Positions 12,140 to 23,784 of a stretch of 64,000 nt of DNA are shown here, one piece after another. Positions within the stretch are counted from its first letter, which is position 1, and each line of letters starts with the position of its first letter. Made by a program: the position numbers and the translations under genes. A model generated the notes under the pieces. The model made no database searches. It saw only the letters and a list, made by a program, of their open reading frames with translations, and had not been told where the DNA came from. Source of the DNA: Octopus vulgaris (Eukaryota); assembly GCA_951406725.2 (NCBI GenBank), contig OX597819.1, positions 134,850,001 through 134,914,000 on the forward strand, in the 5' to 3' direction.

Positions 12140-15100
12140 TCATCATCATCATCCATTGTCAAAGCCAGCATGGGTTGGATGGTTTGACCAGGGCTGTCAA
12201 GCTGGAAGACTGCACCAGGATCCAGTCTGATTTGGCATAGTTTCTATTGCTGGATACCCTTCCAACAACATCCACTCCGAGAATGTAATGGATGCTTTTA
12301 TGTGCCACCAGTGTGGGTACCATTGTGCAATACCAGTATCTGCCACAACTGCAATTTTACTTGGCTTGATGGGTCTTCTTCTCAAGCAAGACATAATGCC
12401 AATGGCCTTTGTCATTTATCATTACCTCTGTGAGACCCAACACTTGAAGGATGCTTTTTACATGCTACCACCATGGGTACCAGCTACCTGACACCAGCAT
12501 CAGCTGCAACTACAATCTCCCTTGGATTAGTGGGTCTTCTCAAGCACAGCATATCACCAACGGTCTCAGTCACTTGTCATTGCCTTTGTGAAGCCCAAAG
12601 TTCAAAGAACATGCTTCACTACATCATCTTGTGTCTTCTTGGGTCTTCTTCTTTCACAGGTTCCCTTCACAGCTAGAGATCAGCACTTCTCTACACAGCT
12701 GCTTTCATCCACACACATCACATGACCATACCAGCACAGCCGTCTCTTTTGCACACCACATCTGATGCCTCTTATGCCTAAGTTTTCTCTCAAGATGCTT
12801 ACACTCTGTCAAACATGCACACTGATATTTCACATCCAGTGAAGCATACTGACTTTATTTCTTTCATTCCTGCACATGCCCTAGGCTGTCACAGCCCGTG
12901 TTTCTCTGCTGTGTAGCATAACTGTTTGCACATAGGCATCATATAATCTGCCTTTCACTTTGAGGGAGAGGCCCTTTGTTGCCAGCAGTGGTAAGAGCTC
13001 TCTGAACTTTGCCCAGCCTAATTTTATTCTCACAGCCATGCTCTTGGTGCATCCACCTCCACTACTAACATGGTCACCTAGATAACAGAAGCTATCTACT
13101 ACCTCTAGCTTACCCCCACTGGCAGTTGATGGAGTCTATTTCCTGTATATTTTCGGTGTTTATTCTACCTGTGCATCTTCCACACACAAAAGCTATTTTC
13201 CCTTTTAACTTTCCTCTGATATTGCTGCACCTTTTATGTGTCCAAAGCTTACATCAGGTGCATCTTATGGCGTTTCTACCTACACCTTTTCTACAGATCG
13301 AGCAGAGCCATCTACCTGAAGGGATTTGTGATTTGTCTGCCTTCCTACTTACTAAAACTTTGGTTTTTGCTAGGTTAACTTTAAGGTCCTTCGATTCTAG
13401 ACCTTGCTTCCATATCTGAAACTTTTTCTCTACTTCTGGTAGTGATTCATCTATAAGAACAAGATCATCAGCTTAGTGGAACTCCCAGGAGCAGCCTGTC
13501 TTAAATTCATCTGTTATTGCCTGGAGGACTATGATGAAGAGGGAACTGAGCACCAATCCTTAATGAACCCCTACTTGTACCCTGAATTCTTTGCTGTACT
13601 CATTGCCAACCCTCACCTTACTAGTAGCATCCATGCACATGGCTTGTACAGCTTTCATCAACCATCCTTCTATCCCTAGTTTCCGCATTGACCACTAGAT
13701 AATGGATTGGGAGACCCTGTCAAAGGCTTTCTCCAAGTCAACAAAAGCCAAGTACAGAGGTTTAGCTTTGACTACGCATTTCTCCTGCAGCTGCCCTTCC
13801 AGAAATATAGCATCAATCAGTTGTGCTCCTGCCTGGCATAAAACCAAACTGAATCTCATCTAGACTAACTCTCTTCCTAATTAGTTGGACTAAGACCCTC
13901 TCTGTAACTTTCATCACCTGATCCAACCTTTGTAGCAATTGACCATGGTACTGCTGTACCAGTCATTGGGTATGACTCCTTTGTGAATCACCTGATTTAC
14001 GATGTGGGTGACAAGACTATAACCCACACTGCCTGATATTTTAAGCACCTCAACAGTGACTCCTGATGGGCCAGTGGCTTTCTCTGTCTTCATATCCTTA
14101 ATTGCTTTATCTACCAAGGTACTGTCAATTCGGGTAGCTGGTTCCTCAATTGGGTTAACATTTGGCAAACTCTCCTCCTCCCATTCATTCTCCACATTCA
14201 GCAGTCTTTCATAATGGCTTCTCCAAGCCTCTTTCTTTGCAGAATCATTAAATGCAAGTGCGCCATCATCCAGGTGAACACATTTCTCTCCTATGACATC
14301 ACAATTTTCTCTCACACAATTCAAAACACTTCAAGTCTTTGGTACTTTCATCACTGCACATCAGCAAACTTAATTTCTGCTTCTTTCCTGGCTAGATATA
14401 CCTGTCTCTTAGCTCTAATGACCTTGTCTACAGCATCATTCCACCACCACATCACCCTAAGTCTGGATGGGACTTTGCACCAGCCACAGATTTGGTCTGT
14501 GGCACTCGGCAAGCTGTCCCACAGGAATTCCCAGTTGTCCTCTATGTCACAACTTTGTAGTTCCTCCTCCTTCTCATCAAATTCTTCAATTAGGATGTCC
14601 TTGAATCTCTGACCACATGAAGGGTGCTTAAAACCCTTTCCTTACCATATTTCTGTTGAGATGCTCTGTCTCTTTCAATTAATTTTAAATATAACAAGGA
14701 ATTTAGTAAAATAACTTATTTATCATTAAGCTAGTGTTAGGAACACAAATTGTGACTAAGGTTTGGTGGAAGATTTTAATTCAAAATTTATGAAAACAAG
14801 ACAATTGTACTACAGAGCCAGAGGTAGTTTCATCTGGGTTGGTATCAAAAGGGTTAAGCTCCCAAATCCTTCTTCTCCAGGTTGGTCTGCTTCTTGGCCT
14901 GGAGTCTAAAGTCACTAATGACTAGTCTATGCTGGGAAGGGTACATTCTTCACCAGGGCGGGCCTCTCTATTTAGGAGCAACCCTGCATCTCACTGTCTG
15001 GTGAGAATGTATTCAACCTGGCTACTATAGTCACCTGATTGGTAGGTTATCAGGTGGTTGGCTGGTTTCCTGAAGTTGGTATTACAGATCAATAGGTTAT

Positions 15101-15430
15101 TCGCATCACAGAACTCCAGTAGCTTTGTCCCCTCTTTGTTTCAGGAACCAATTCCGTGGCCCCCATGTACACCATGAAGATACCAGGCTGCCGCCTGACA
15201 TGTCCATTGAAATCCCCAGCTACAAAGATGAGGTCATTGTCACTTGTCTTTAAGGTAGCTTGCAGAAGCAGATCATAAAAGTGGTCTTTTTGTTCATTTG
15301 GTAGGGAGAGGGACAGGTAATTGTTGCTATACCATTCTGCAAAACTAGCCTGAACTTAACTACCTCTATTGCTCACTTTAACTACCTCTATGACTTTATC
15401 CACCCATTTCTATGCAAGAAGTATGTGCAG
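12140..15430 (-). mobile_element. Near full-length decayed RTE LINE (AP endonuclease + RT + 3' tail)
   Basis: Minus strand shows endonuclease motifs VAGDFNGHV, KLLEFCDANNLLICNTNFRK and HRLVISDF, RT region KKEAWRSHYERLL, LAFVDLEKAFDRV and ADDL, and a (CAT)n tail at 12140. Confidence 0.92.
14634..14853. mobile_element. piggyBac-like TTAA MITE, opposite orientation to the 10088 copy, nested in the RTE
   Basis: CCCTTTCCTTACC...GGTATCAAAAGGG-TTAA. The interior is the reverse complement of 10088-10301, and RTE sequence resumes on both sides. Confidence 0.85.
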
Positions 15431-15514
15431 ACCACCCACCCCGTCACTGTTACCTCCCCAGAAGATCTTACATACATGCATTCATACACACATGTATACG
15501 TACAGCCATACATA

Positions 15515-16508
15515 TGTTAGTAGAAAGCTCCAATATAAGAATAACATTGATCATGAAAGCAGTCTATCATGGACCAGCTGCCAGATTACTGCCTCCCACT
15601 TGGAAAGGTATGCATTTGCAATCCAGGAACAGGAAGTATCAACCAAGTATTTGATGCACAAAAGGGATAGAGATGCAGGAAAAACAACAAAATGTGACAA
15701 CCCATGCAGACTTTGTGGAGTTAACATCGAAGATATCAGCCACATCATAAACAATTGTCCGAAAATGTCATCACAGTAATATCTACTGATGACACATGAT
15801 GTTGTAACTAGAACACTCTATAATGAAATCCATCAGAAGGATATCCCCTTGGACAAAGAAATATGAACTCACAGTATGGTAGAAGCCATAGCAACTCATA
15901 ATATAAAAAAGCAATCCTGGTGGAATGTACAAGTGAAGACCTCAATAAGATGTAAGCACAATAAATCTGATCTAATGATTTGGGATAGAGAAGAGAAACT
16001 ATGGAAATTAGCTGCTCAGTGGATGTTAACATAAAGCGGAACATCAGTGAAAAAGAGAATACCTTGGCTGAACTGTTGAGAAATCTACTGTTACTCTATC
16101 CAGATTACAAGTTCAAGTTTATACCTGTAATTATTGGCACCCTGCCAGATTTAACATGTTGCCTAAATACCAATCTTGAGAAATTAGGCTTCTCAAAACC
16201 AGAAAGGAGAAAACTAATTCAAAGATTACAGATCCAATCCGTCACTGGAACTGTAAAAATCTGTGAAACTTTGCAGAAGTTTATCATTTAAATATATATG
16301 AGCTTGTGTCTAGATATGCAGGTATATGCATGAGAAGACATACATAAAGCAAAACATACAAATCTCCACATAAACATACATGTAAACAAAAATACCCTGT
16401 TCTTGAGGTTGATGTTGAAATTCCAATGAAGGAGTCTTGGAGTCTTAAGTTAGAAACCAGCTCTTTTGTCTATTGGCAAGAAATCTTGAAATAAAACTGA
16501 ATAATGAC
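15515..16508 (+). mobile_element. R4-like (RLE-bearing) non-LTR retrotransposon 3' fragment with 3' UTR
   Basis: AIQEQEVSTK, CRLCGVNIEDISHIINNC (CCHC knuckle), THDVV, HNKSDLMIWD (PD-like), EISC, FIPVIIGTL. Tail ends AATAAAACTGAATAAT. Confidence 0.85.
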
Positions 16509-16511
16509 ATA

Positions 16512-17048
16512 CCTCCCTCCCTCCCTCCCTCTCTTTCTTTCCTTCCTTCCTTCCTCCCCCCTCCCTCCCTTCCCTCCTTCCCCCCTCCCTTCCTTCCCTC
16601 CCTTCCTTCCTTCCCTCCTTCCTCCATCCCTTCCCTCCCTCCCTTCCTTCCCCCCTCCCTCCCTCCCTCCCTCCCTTCCCTCCCTCCCTTCCTTCCTTCC
16701 CTCCCTCCCTCCCTCCCTTCCTTCCTTCCCTCCCTCCCTCCCTCCCTTCCTCCCTCCCTCCCTTCCCTCCTTCCTCCCTTCCTTCCTCCCTCCCTCCCTT
16801 CCTCCCTCCCTTCCTTCCTCCCTTCCTTCCTCCCTCCCTTCCTTCCTTCCTTCCTTCCCTCCCTCCCTCCCTTCCTTCCTTCCTCCCTCCCTCCCTCCCT
16901 CCCTCCCTCCCTTCCTTCCCTTCCTTCCCTTCCTTCCCTCCCTCCCTCCCTCCCTTCCTTCCTCCCTCCCTCCCTCCCTCCCCCTTCCTTCCTTCCTTCC
17001 TTCCTTCCTTCCTTCCTTCCTTCCTTCCTTCCTTCCTTCCCTTTCTTT
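16512..17048. repeat. ~540-bp polypyrimidine (CCCT/CCTT)n tract
   Basis: Almost pure C/T on the plus strand. The Pro/Ser/Leu and Gly/Arg/Glu ORFs over it are artefacts. Confidence 0.97.
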
Positions 17049-17984
17049 CCAGATATGAAATTGTTTATGTTATCTACATCCCAAAGATGGAGCCTTGTAT
17101 CTTTGTTGGAAACCAGTTCCTTCCTCAATGGAAGATCTATAATAATTAAAAGAGAGAAGAATCATACATTCATCTTTTGCAAGTTTGTGTTGCCTGTAGA
17201 AAAAAAACACCAAGTGCTGCAATCATCAGTGGAGTGGCGTGCTTCACCGAGATTTTGGCCCCTTATGCTCAGTATCTCTGCACACGGTGGGCCCACAACA
17301 GCTGGACGTATTGCGTTGTAACCGGACTCATTTTGGTCTTATACGCTTTCACAAACCTCCTTGTCTCTACATTGAAACACATACATAAAAATCACTATAT
17401 GTATTGTATATATAGCTATGGTTGTTTGTTGAGGTTTGTGTTCTGTTGTATTGGCTTGCACTTCAAATTCACACGTTTTTAATGAAAACTTGTTAGTTAC
17501 TATTGTGATAACAGTCCCTGTCTGTCTGTTTCTCTATCTATTTACCTATCTCTTTATTCATCTATCTTTCTCTCTCACACACCTTTTCTCCTCCCCTTCT
17601 TTTATTCAAAGTGAAAGTCTTTTTTAAAGTCTATTGCATTTTCTGTGTTGAAAGACACAGAAACACACACAAACAACAAAAAAAACTATATATATTTTAA
17701 AACTTGTTAATTATAATCTTTCTCACCTTCTATCTGTCTATTTCACTATCTATCTTTCTCATGCACACACACACACACACACACATTCTCTCTCTCTCTC
17801 ATTCTCATGCACACATTATTCCTCTCTCAACAACTTTTTCTGCCCACCTGCTTCTAAAAATACAATGTGATATATATTTTGATTCCCCCCCCCCCCCATC
17901 TTCCCCTACCCCCTTTATAGATATTGTGATGGACAGAGAGACACAGAGGTTGGCTTTTCTTTTATAATATATAATAATATTACA

Positions 17985-19095
17985 TTGTCAGCCTTCCTAC
18001 TTACTAAGACTTTGGTTTTTGCTAGGTTAATCCTAAGGCCCTTTGATTCTAGACCTTGCTTCCACACCCTAAACATCATCTCTAATTCTGGCAGTGACTT
18101 GGCTATTAGATTAAGGTCGTCAGCATAGATGAGCACCCAGGGGCTCCCTGTCTTGAATTCCTGTGTTATTGCCTGGAAGACTATAATCAATAAGATGGAG
18201 CTGAGGACTGATCCTTGGTGAACCCCTACTTCTACTCGGAATTCTTCACTATACTCATTGCCAACCCTCACCTTAATGGTAGTGTCCCTGTACAAGGCTT
18301 GTGCAGCTCTTACCAACCACTCATCTATCCCCAGTTTCCATATTGACCACCAGATAAGTGATCAGGGGACCCTGTCAAAGGCTTCTCCAAGTCAACAGAA
18401 GCCATGTACAGAGGTTTATCTTTGGCTAGGTATTTATCCTGCAGCTGCTTTACCAGAAATATAGCATCATTGGTACTTCTGCCTGACAAAACCAAACTGC
18501 ATCTCATCTAGGCTAACTCTCTCCCTAATTAGTTGGGCTATGACCCTCTCTGTAACTTTCATCACCTAATCCAATAATTTGATACCCCTGTAGTTATTTC
18601 TATCTAAAGCATCAACCTTTCCCCTTCTAGTAGTTGACTATGGTGCTGCTACACCAGTCATTGGGTATGACTCCTTCATGAACTACCTGATTTATGATGC
18701 CGATGACAAGACCATAACCCACACTGCCAGATATTTTAAGCATCTCAGCAGTGATTCCTGATGGGCAAAGTGCTTTCCCTATTTTCATATCCTTAATTGT
18801 TTTATCTACCTGGGTACTGTCAATTCAGGTAGCTGGACCCTCTGCTGGGTCAACTCTTAACAGACTCTCCTCCTCCCACTCATTCTCCACATTCAGCAGT
18901 CTTTCATAATGGCATCTCCAAGCCTCTTTCTTTGCAGACTCATTTAAAACAAGTGTACCATCATCCATGCAGACACATTTCTCTCCTATGACATCACGGT
19001 TTTCTCTCACACACCACCTTGCAATCCGAAATACTTCAGTTCTTTGTTCCTCATGTCACTGAACATTAGCAAACTTCTTTTCTGCTACTCCCTTA
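17985..19095 (-). mobile_element. RTE LINE RT fragment
   Basis: VGVHQGSVLS, LIYADDL, INLAKTKVL, STNDAIFLVKQLQDKY, KKEAWRCHYERLL. Confidence 0.92.
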
Positions 19096-20040
19096 TACAT
19101 GCTCCGATGGATGTGTAATGTCAGTGTGCATACTCGACAGAGTGTTAGTACCTTGAGAGAAATGTTGGACCTAAGAAGCATCAGCTGTGGTGTGCAAGAG
19201 AGACGATTGCGCTGGTGTAGTCATGTGGCGAGAATGGATGAAGATAGGTGTGTGAAAAAGTGCCAATCCCTAGCAGTTGAGGGAACCCGTGGAAGAGGTA
19301 GACCCAGGAAAACCTGGGCAATGACCAGCATCCGAGACCTTTGGAAATATGCTGTGCATGAGAAGACCAGGCAGGACAAGTGAGTCCAGCCCACTTATGC
19401 ATGTCTTTCCTCCCTTGGATACACAAAGACCTGTTGAGGCAAGCGAAGTCGAAATCGGACCACATCCGACGACAGGCACCCGTGCCAACCCCACTTCATT
19501 GGACACTAAACTCTGCTTGTGAAGACCTGTTGGGGCTAGTGAAATCAGAATCGAAATTGAACCAATCCTATGACTGGCACCCAGCAGTTGCCAGGACCGC
19601 TGGACTGACTCCCATGCAGGTGGCAAGTGAATAAACACCATTTCGACCCTGTGCTTGAGGAGATCCATTGAGTCAAGTAAGCGCTATCCGAATCGTGGCC
19701 GATGCCAGCGTCGTCTCGACTGGCTTCTGTGCTGGTGGCATGTAAGAAGTACCATCCGAATTGTGGTCTATGCCAGTGCTGCCTCGACTGGCTTCCATGC
19801 CGGTGGCACATAAAAAGCACTAACCGATCATGGCCATTTCCAGCCTCCCCTGGCACTTGTGCCAGTGACACGTAAAAAGTACCCACTACACTCACAGAGT
19901 GGTTAGCGTTAGGAAGAGCATCCAGCTATAGAAACACTGCCAGATCAAACCGGAGCCTGGTGCAGCCTCCTGGCTTCCCAAACCCCGGTTGAACCATTCA
20001 ACCCATGCTAGCATGGAAAACAGGCGTTAAACGATGATGA
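19096..20040 (+). mobile_element. RTE LINE 3' end with long modular 3' UTR and (GAT)n tail
   Basis: MLRWMCNVSV...QERRLRWCSHVARM...RGRGRPRKTW. Tail ends CATGCTAGCATGGAAAACAGGCGTTAAACGATGATGA. Confidence 0.92.
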
Positions 20041-20104
20041 CATACATGCATATATATATATATATATATATACATACACACACACACACATATATACATA
20101 CATA

Positions 20105-20266
20105 CAAGTGTTTTTTATTCTCTCTCTGTTTATTTCCTCGTGTTTCTTTTGTTGAAGAGCATAAGCTCGAAATATAAAAGACTTTTTCACTTTCTTGAAT
20201 GTCAAACCAATACACCTGCTTGTTGTTTATATACCTGTCTTCATCTTTTGTTTTTCTGTAAATTTC

Positions 20267-20270
<4 letters not shown>
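20105..20270 (+). mobile_element. Probable Penelope-like element terminal fragment with a degenerate hammerhead-like motif
   Basis: TTGAAGAGC-ATAA-GCTC-GAAA at 20152-20172, lying between dinucleotide microsatellites. Family assignment is inference. Confidence 0.45.
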
Positions 20271-20317
<47 letters not shown>

Positions 20318-20390
20318 GAAGGGTGGGGAAAAATAATTTCTGTTAGATGTTTCAAAGTATTAATTTCCAAGAGGAGATATGACTCCTGCT

Positions 20391-20470
20391 TGTATATGCC
20401 CTTTATTGTATATGCCCTTTATTGTATATGCCCTTTATTGTATATGCCCTTTATTGTATATGTCCTTTAT
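20391..20470. repeat. 16-bp minisatellite TGTATATGCCCTTTAT x5
   Basis: Units start at 20391, 20407, 20423, 20439 and 20455. Confidence 0.95.
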
Positions 20471-20852
20471 TGTAAAATTTGTTTTATAACAAGCATTTCA
20501 TTTCTTCAGGATTGATAAGATTGGCCGTGATTAAAGAATCAAAATGTTTTAAAAAGCATTATTCAGAGCAACATTGTCTTATTTGATTTTTCAGCGACCC
20601 AATATATACTCAAACACAGGAGTGGACAACCAATCATATGAACCAGATGTATAAATATTTCCACCAACAGAGACGGTAGATTTACACCCAACAGGATTCT
20701 AAAATTGTCTTCTTCACTCGAATTATGGAGTTTATAAAGAATTACAAATATATTATTGAACAATAATCATCACATTTTGAACTTTTTTTTACACCTGATT
20801 TCAAATATTTTTATGCAAATCATTTTCCTACAGTCAGAATATTGACTACTTT

Positions 20853-20857
20853 ACACA

Positions 20858-20896
<39 letters not shown>

Positions 20897-20987
20897 TCAC
20901 ACACACACTCTCACACACACACTCTCACACACACACTCACACACACACACTCACACACACACACTGCCTCATATATATTTATATACA

Positions 20988-21019
<32 letters not shown>

Positions 21020-21080
21020 GATATATACCCATATTTATATGTGTATATATGTAAAAATGTGTGTGTGTGTGTGTGTGCAT
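20853..21080. repeat. Compound (CA)n/(TA)n/(TG)n microsatellite
   Basis: Directly visible. Confidence 0.95.
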
Positions 21081-21740
21081 ACATAGCAGTGTATGTTTGG
21101 GTTTGGCAACTGTGTAATGGAATTCCTGCCACTGTTTTACACTGTATCTGAATGGATGTGAAGTCAATGTCAGTTCTTAGTTCTTCATGCAATCACAATA
21201 TTGTGACTTTCTAATATTCTTAAACATGCTCTATATGCAGATTAAAACCTTAATGGAATGGGTGGGGGGGGTCGTTTCTAATTTGTCTCCTATGTAATTT
21301 GATATTGCTGTGTGTTATCTAGAGCTAATGCTCAAACATTTTCACTAACATTCAGTTAAGTGTGAACTATTAGCAGAATCACCTATCATGCTTTCCCACT
21401 CACTTGGACACACAGACAGATGCTTTTCTAAAGAAATAAAACTTAGTTATTTCTTTTTTAAAGCTTGTTTCTACTTTAGTAATAAATAAATCAGGATATT
21501 AATTGAAGTGATTTAGAATGTCATTATGTGTATGTGTGTGTGTGTACATATCTCAGAAAATAATAAATAGATAATTTAGAACAACTAGCACATGAATTTT
21601 ATACATAAATCTGATGAGTTGATATTTTTGCAATATTAGTATGTATCATTACACATTATGTAATAATAATATAACAATAATCTTTTGATGAAAAATCAAA
21701 GAAACAATCATAAAATTATGTAATAAAATGAACTGCTCAC

Positions 21741-21860
21741 TCCATTGTTCTTCTCGTTAATGATAATATTTGAGAAGTCAACCATATGGAATATGCTCTT
21801 TAAGGTGTAGGAAGAAATGCTGCATTTTTTCTTCTTTCTAAACATTTCAAATTTCAGTTG
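21741..21860 (-). CDS. Weak candidate 120-bp phase-0 exon (QLKFEMFRKKKKCSISSYTLKSIFHMVDFSNIIINEKNNG)
   Basis: Minus-strand acceptor CTTATTTCATCAG and donor GGA|GTGAGC. Only one frame is open. No recognised homology. Confidence 0.25.
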
Positions 21861-22699
21861 CTGATGAAATAAGGCATGTTTATTATATAAATAGATAAGT
21901 CCATTATGGAAACATATGTACAATGGTTATTTAAAGAAATCCTTTCAAATATTATATTCTATTAGATGCATCTACAAATATATGTATTCACACACACACA
22001 TACACACACACACACACACACACATATTAATTAAAGACACAATTGTGTGCCAGTTTAATCTGTTTAATTACAAATTTATTATATTTAGTTATTAGCTTTT
22101 TGTAGTTGGTTTGAAATAATAAAATTTCGAAACCCATCTTCATCATTTCCAGACCTGCAAACTCTCGTAATCGAGATTTAGCATTTGTGTTGCTCCTTGA
22201 ATATGAAGTGTAACGACTCATGTGGAAAGTGAAAAGTCTTTAGTGGAAAAGTTTACCAAAATTTAACCATTCTATAAGAAAGAATCCATTTGTATTCTTG
22301 AAGATGTGACTCTGATGTTCTTGAAATGTTAAATCTGGATGTAGGAACTTTTTTGTTCCAAACTGACAAGAAACTGATTTGAAAATAGGAAAAACAATGA
22401 GAAAGGTAAAACTGAAAATGGTCAAATTTTTAACAAATCATTTTAAAAGAAAAGCTGTCCACCAGACAGACAATATATACATGTGTGTGTGTGTGTGTAG
22501 TTTACAGATCCAATAGAGTTAGAATCAACCAAAAAAGTACTCCATTCAATAAATATCAATTTAAATACAAAATCAAAATAGCTGTTTTTTTCTTATTTTC
22601 TTTCTATCCAGCATCCTTGTCTTTAGAATATAACACTTAAACATTTCCTTGTCTCTAGGCTAAACTGATAATAACCATTCCCATTTCTGTATTTTACTT

Positions 22700-23443
22700 A
22701 TGAATGCATTTTCAATAATACATGGTTAGTAAAAACCTATTTCATGTTTACAAACAAATAATTTTTTCTTATTGATGACAGTGTTCTTCATCCCTGGGTC
22801 TTCAGATTTGATAGGTGCTAAGATCTTGTCCTTATTATGTACAATTCTTGATACAGTTGTCCGACTCATTCCAAAAGACCGTGCAATTGCTACCACTTTT
22901 TCACCTTTTTCATGGCGTTCTATCATATCCAGTTTATCTTCCAGCATTATAGCATGATGCTTAGCACTTTCGCTATGAATTGTCTTAGGAGCCATGGGGG
23001 CAAAAAAATAAAGTCACAAATGAATGAGAATGTGAAAGTAGCTGATAAACAGACGTAGACAAATCTGAATTGAAAACAATCACAGGAATCACGAGTGACA
23101 ACGATGCCTAATGATAGATATTGGAACTACAGGGCAACATGAGATCCAAAAGACCAATAAGACAACACAGCTGATTTCATGATTTCATTCACTAAGCTAC
23201 GCTACTTTATGGTGTGTATCTTAACATTTACTATACGTATTTTAATATGATTCTATATGCTTTTATTCTTGTTTATTGTACAGTAACGTGATTTTATGTG
23301 CCTTTAATGGTTTTCTAGTGATTTTACGATTCCAATATTTGTGGCGGACAGACGTGAAGTCGAGCAAAATGACTTGACTTGATTTTTATTTTTCCACCGA
23401 GAACAACTTAAATTGAAATGACTTAAGCTGAGGTACGCCTCTA
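22700..23443 (-). mobile_element. Tigger/pogo-like DNA transposon 5' remnant with CENP-B-type HTH
   Basis: ORF 22726-22995 IMLEDKLDMIERHEKGEKVVAIARSFGMSRTTVSRIVHNKDKI is a HTH_psq/CENP-B N-terminus. End near 23443 reads TAGAGGCGTACCTCAG on the minus strand, similar to Tigger TIRs. Confidence 0.8.
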
Positions 23444-23515
23444 TGTGTATGTGTGTGTGTGTATTTATATATGTATATATATAAATTAACTATTGATTAA
23501 CCATCTTCTCACACC

Positions 23516-23563
23516 GTCTCTGATGAAGGGATATAATAAATATCCTAGAAACAGCTGTAAGAC
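23516..23563 (+). ncRNA. Minimal type I hammerhead ribozyme motif, Penelope-associated architecture
   Basis: GTCT-CTGATGA-AGGGATAT aataa ATATCCTA-GAAAC-AGCT-GTA-AGAC. Intact core boxes, stem I GTCT/AGAC, stem II GGGATAT/ATATCCT, palindromic stem III ACAGCTGT, GUA cleavage triplet. Confidence 0.75.
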
Positions 23564-23784
23564 CTTCTATTTATAAATGTTCTAAAATCTTCAGTCTTGG
23601 TATTTTATCTCACTACAGGAAAAAAAAAGTTTTTATATATACATGCTGATATATGACCTACATTGGACCCTTTATTCACATAATCACCAAACCTAGAACT
23701 CAACTATGGTCTGTCCATAACACTTATTCAGCATTACCTGACACCATTACCTCTCAAAACTCATATATATATATATATATATAT

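Noticed and set aside
16445-17321. Pro/Ser-rich and Gly/Arg/Glu-rich ORFs
   Set aside because: Translations of the CT tract.
22726-22995. Domesticated CENP-B/TIGD gene
   Set aside because: Only the first HTH is present, there is no DDE domain, and a TIR-like end lies nearby, so it fits a transposon remnant.
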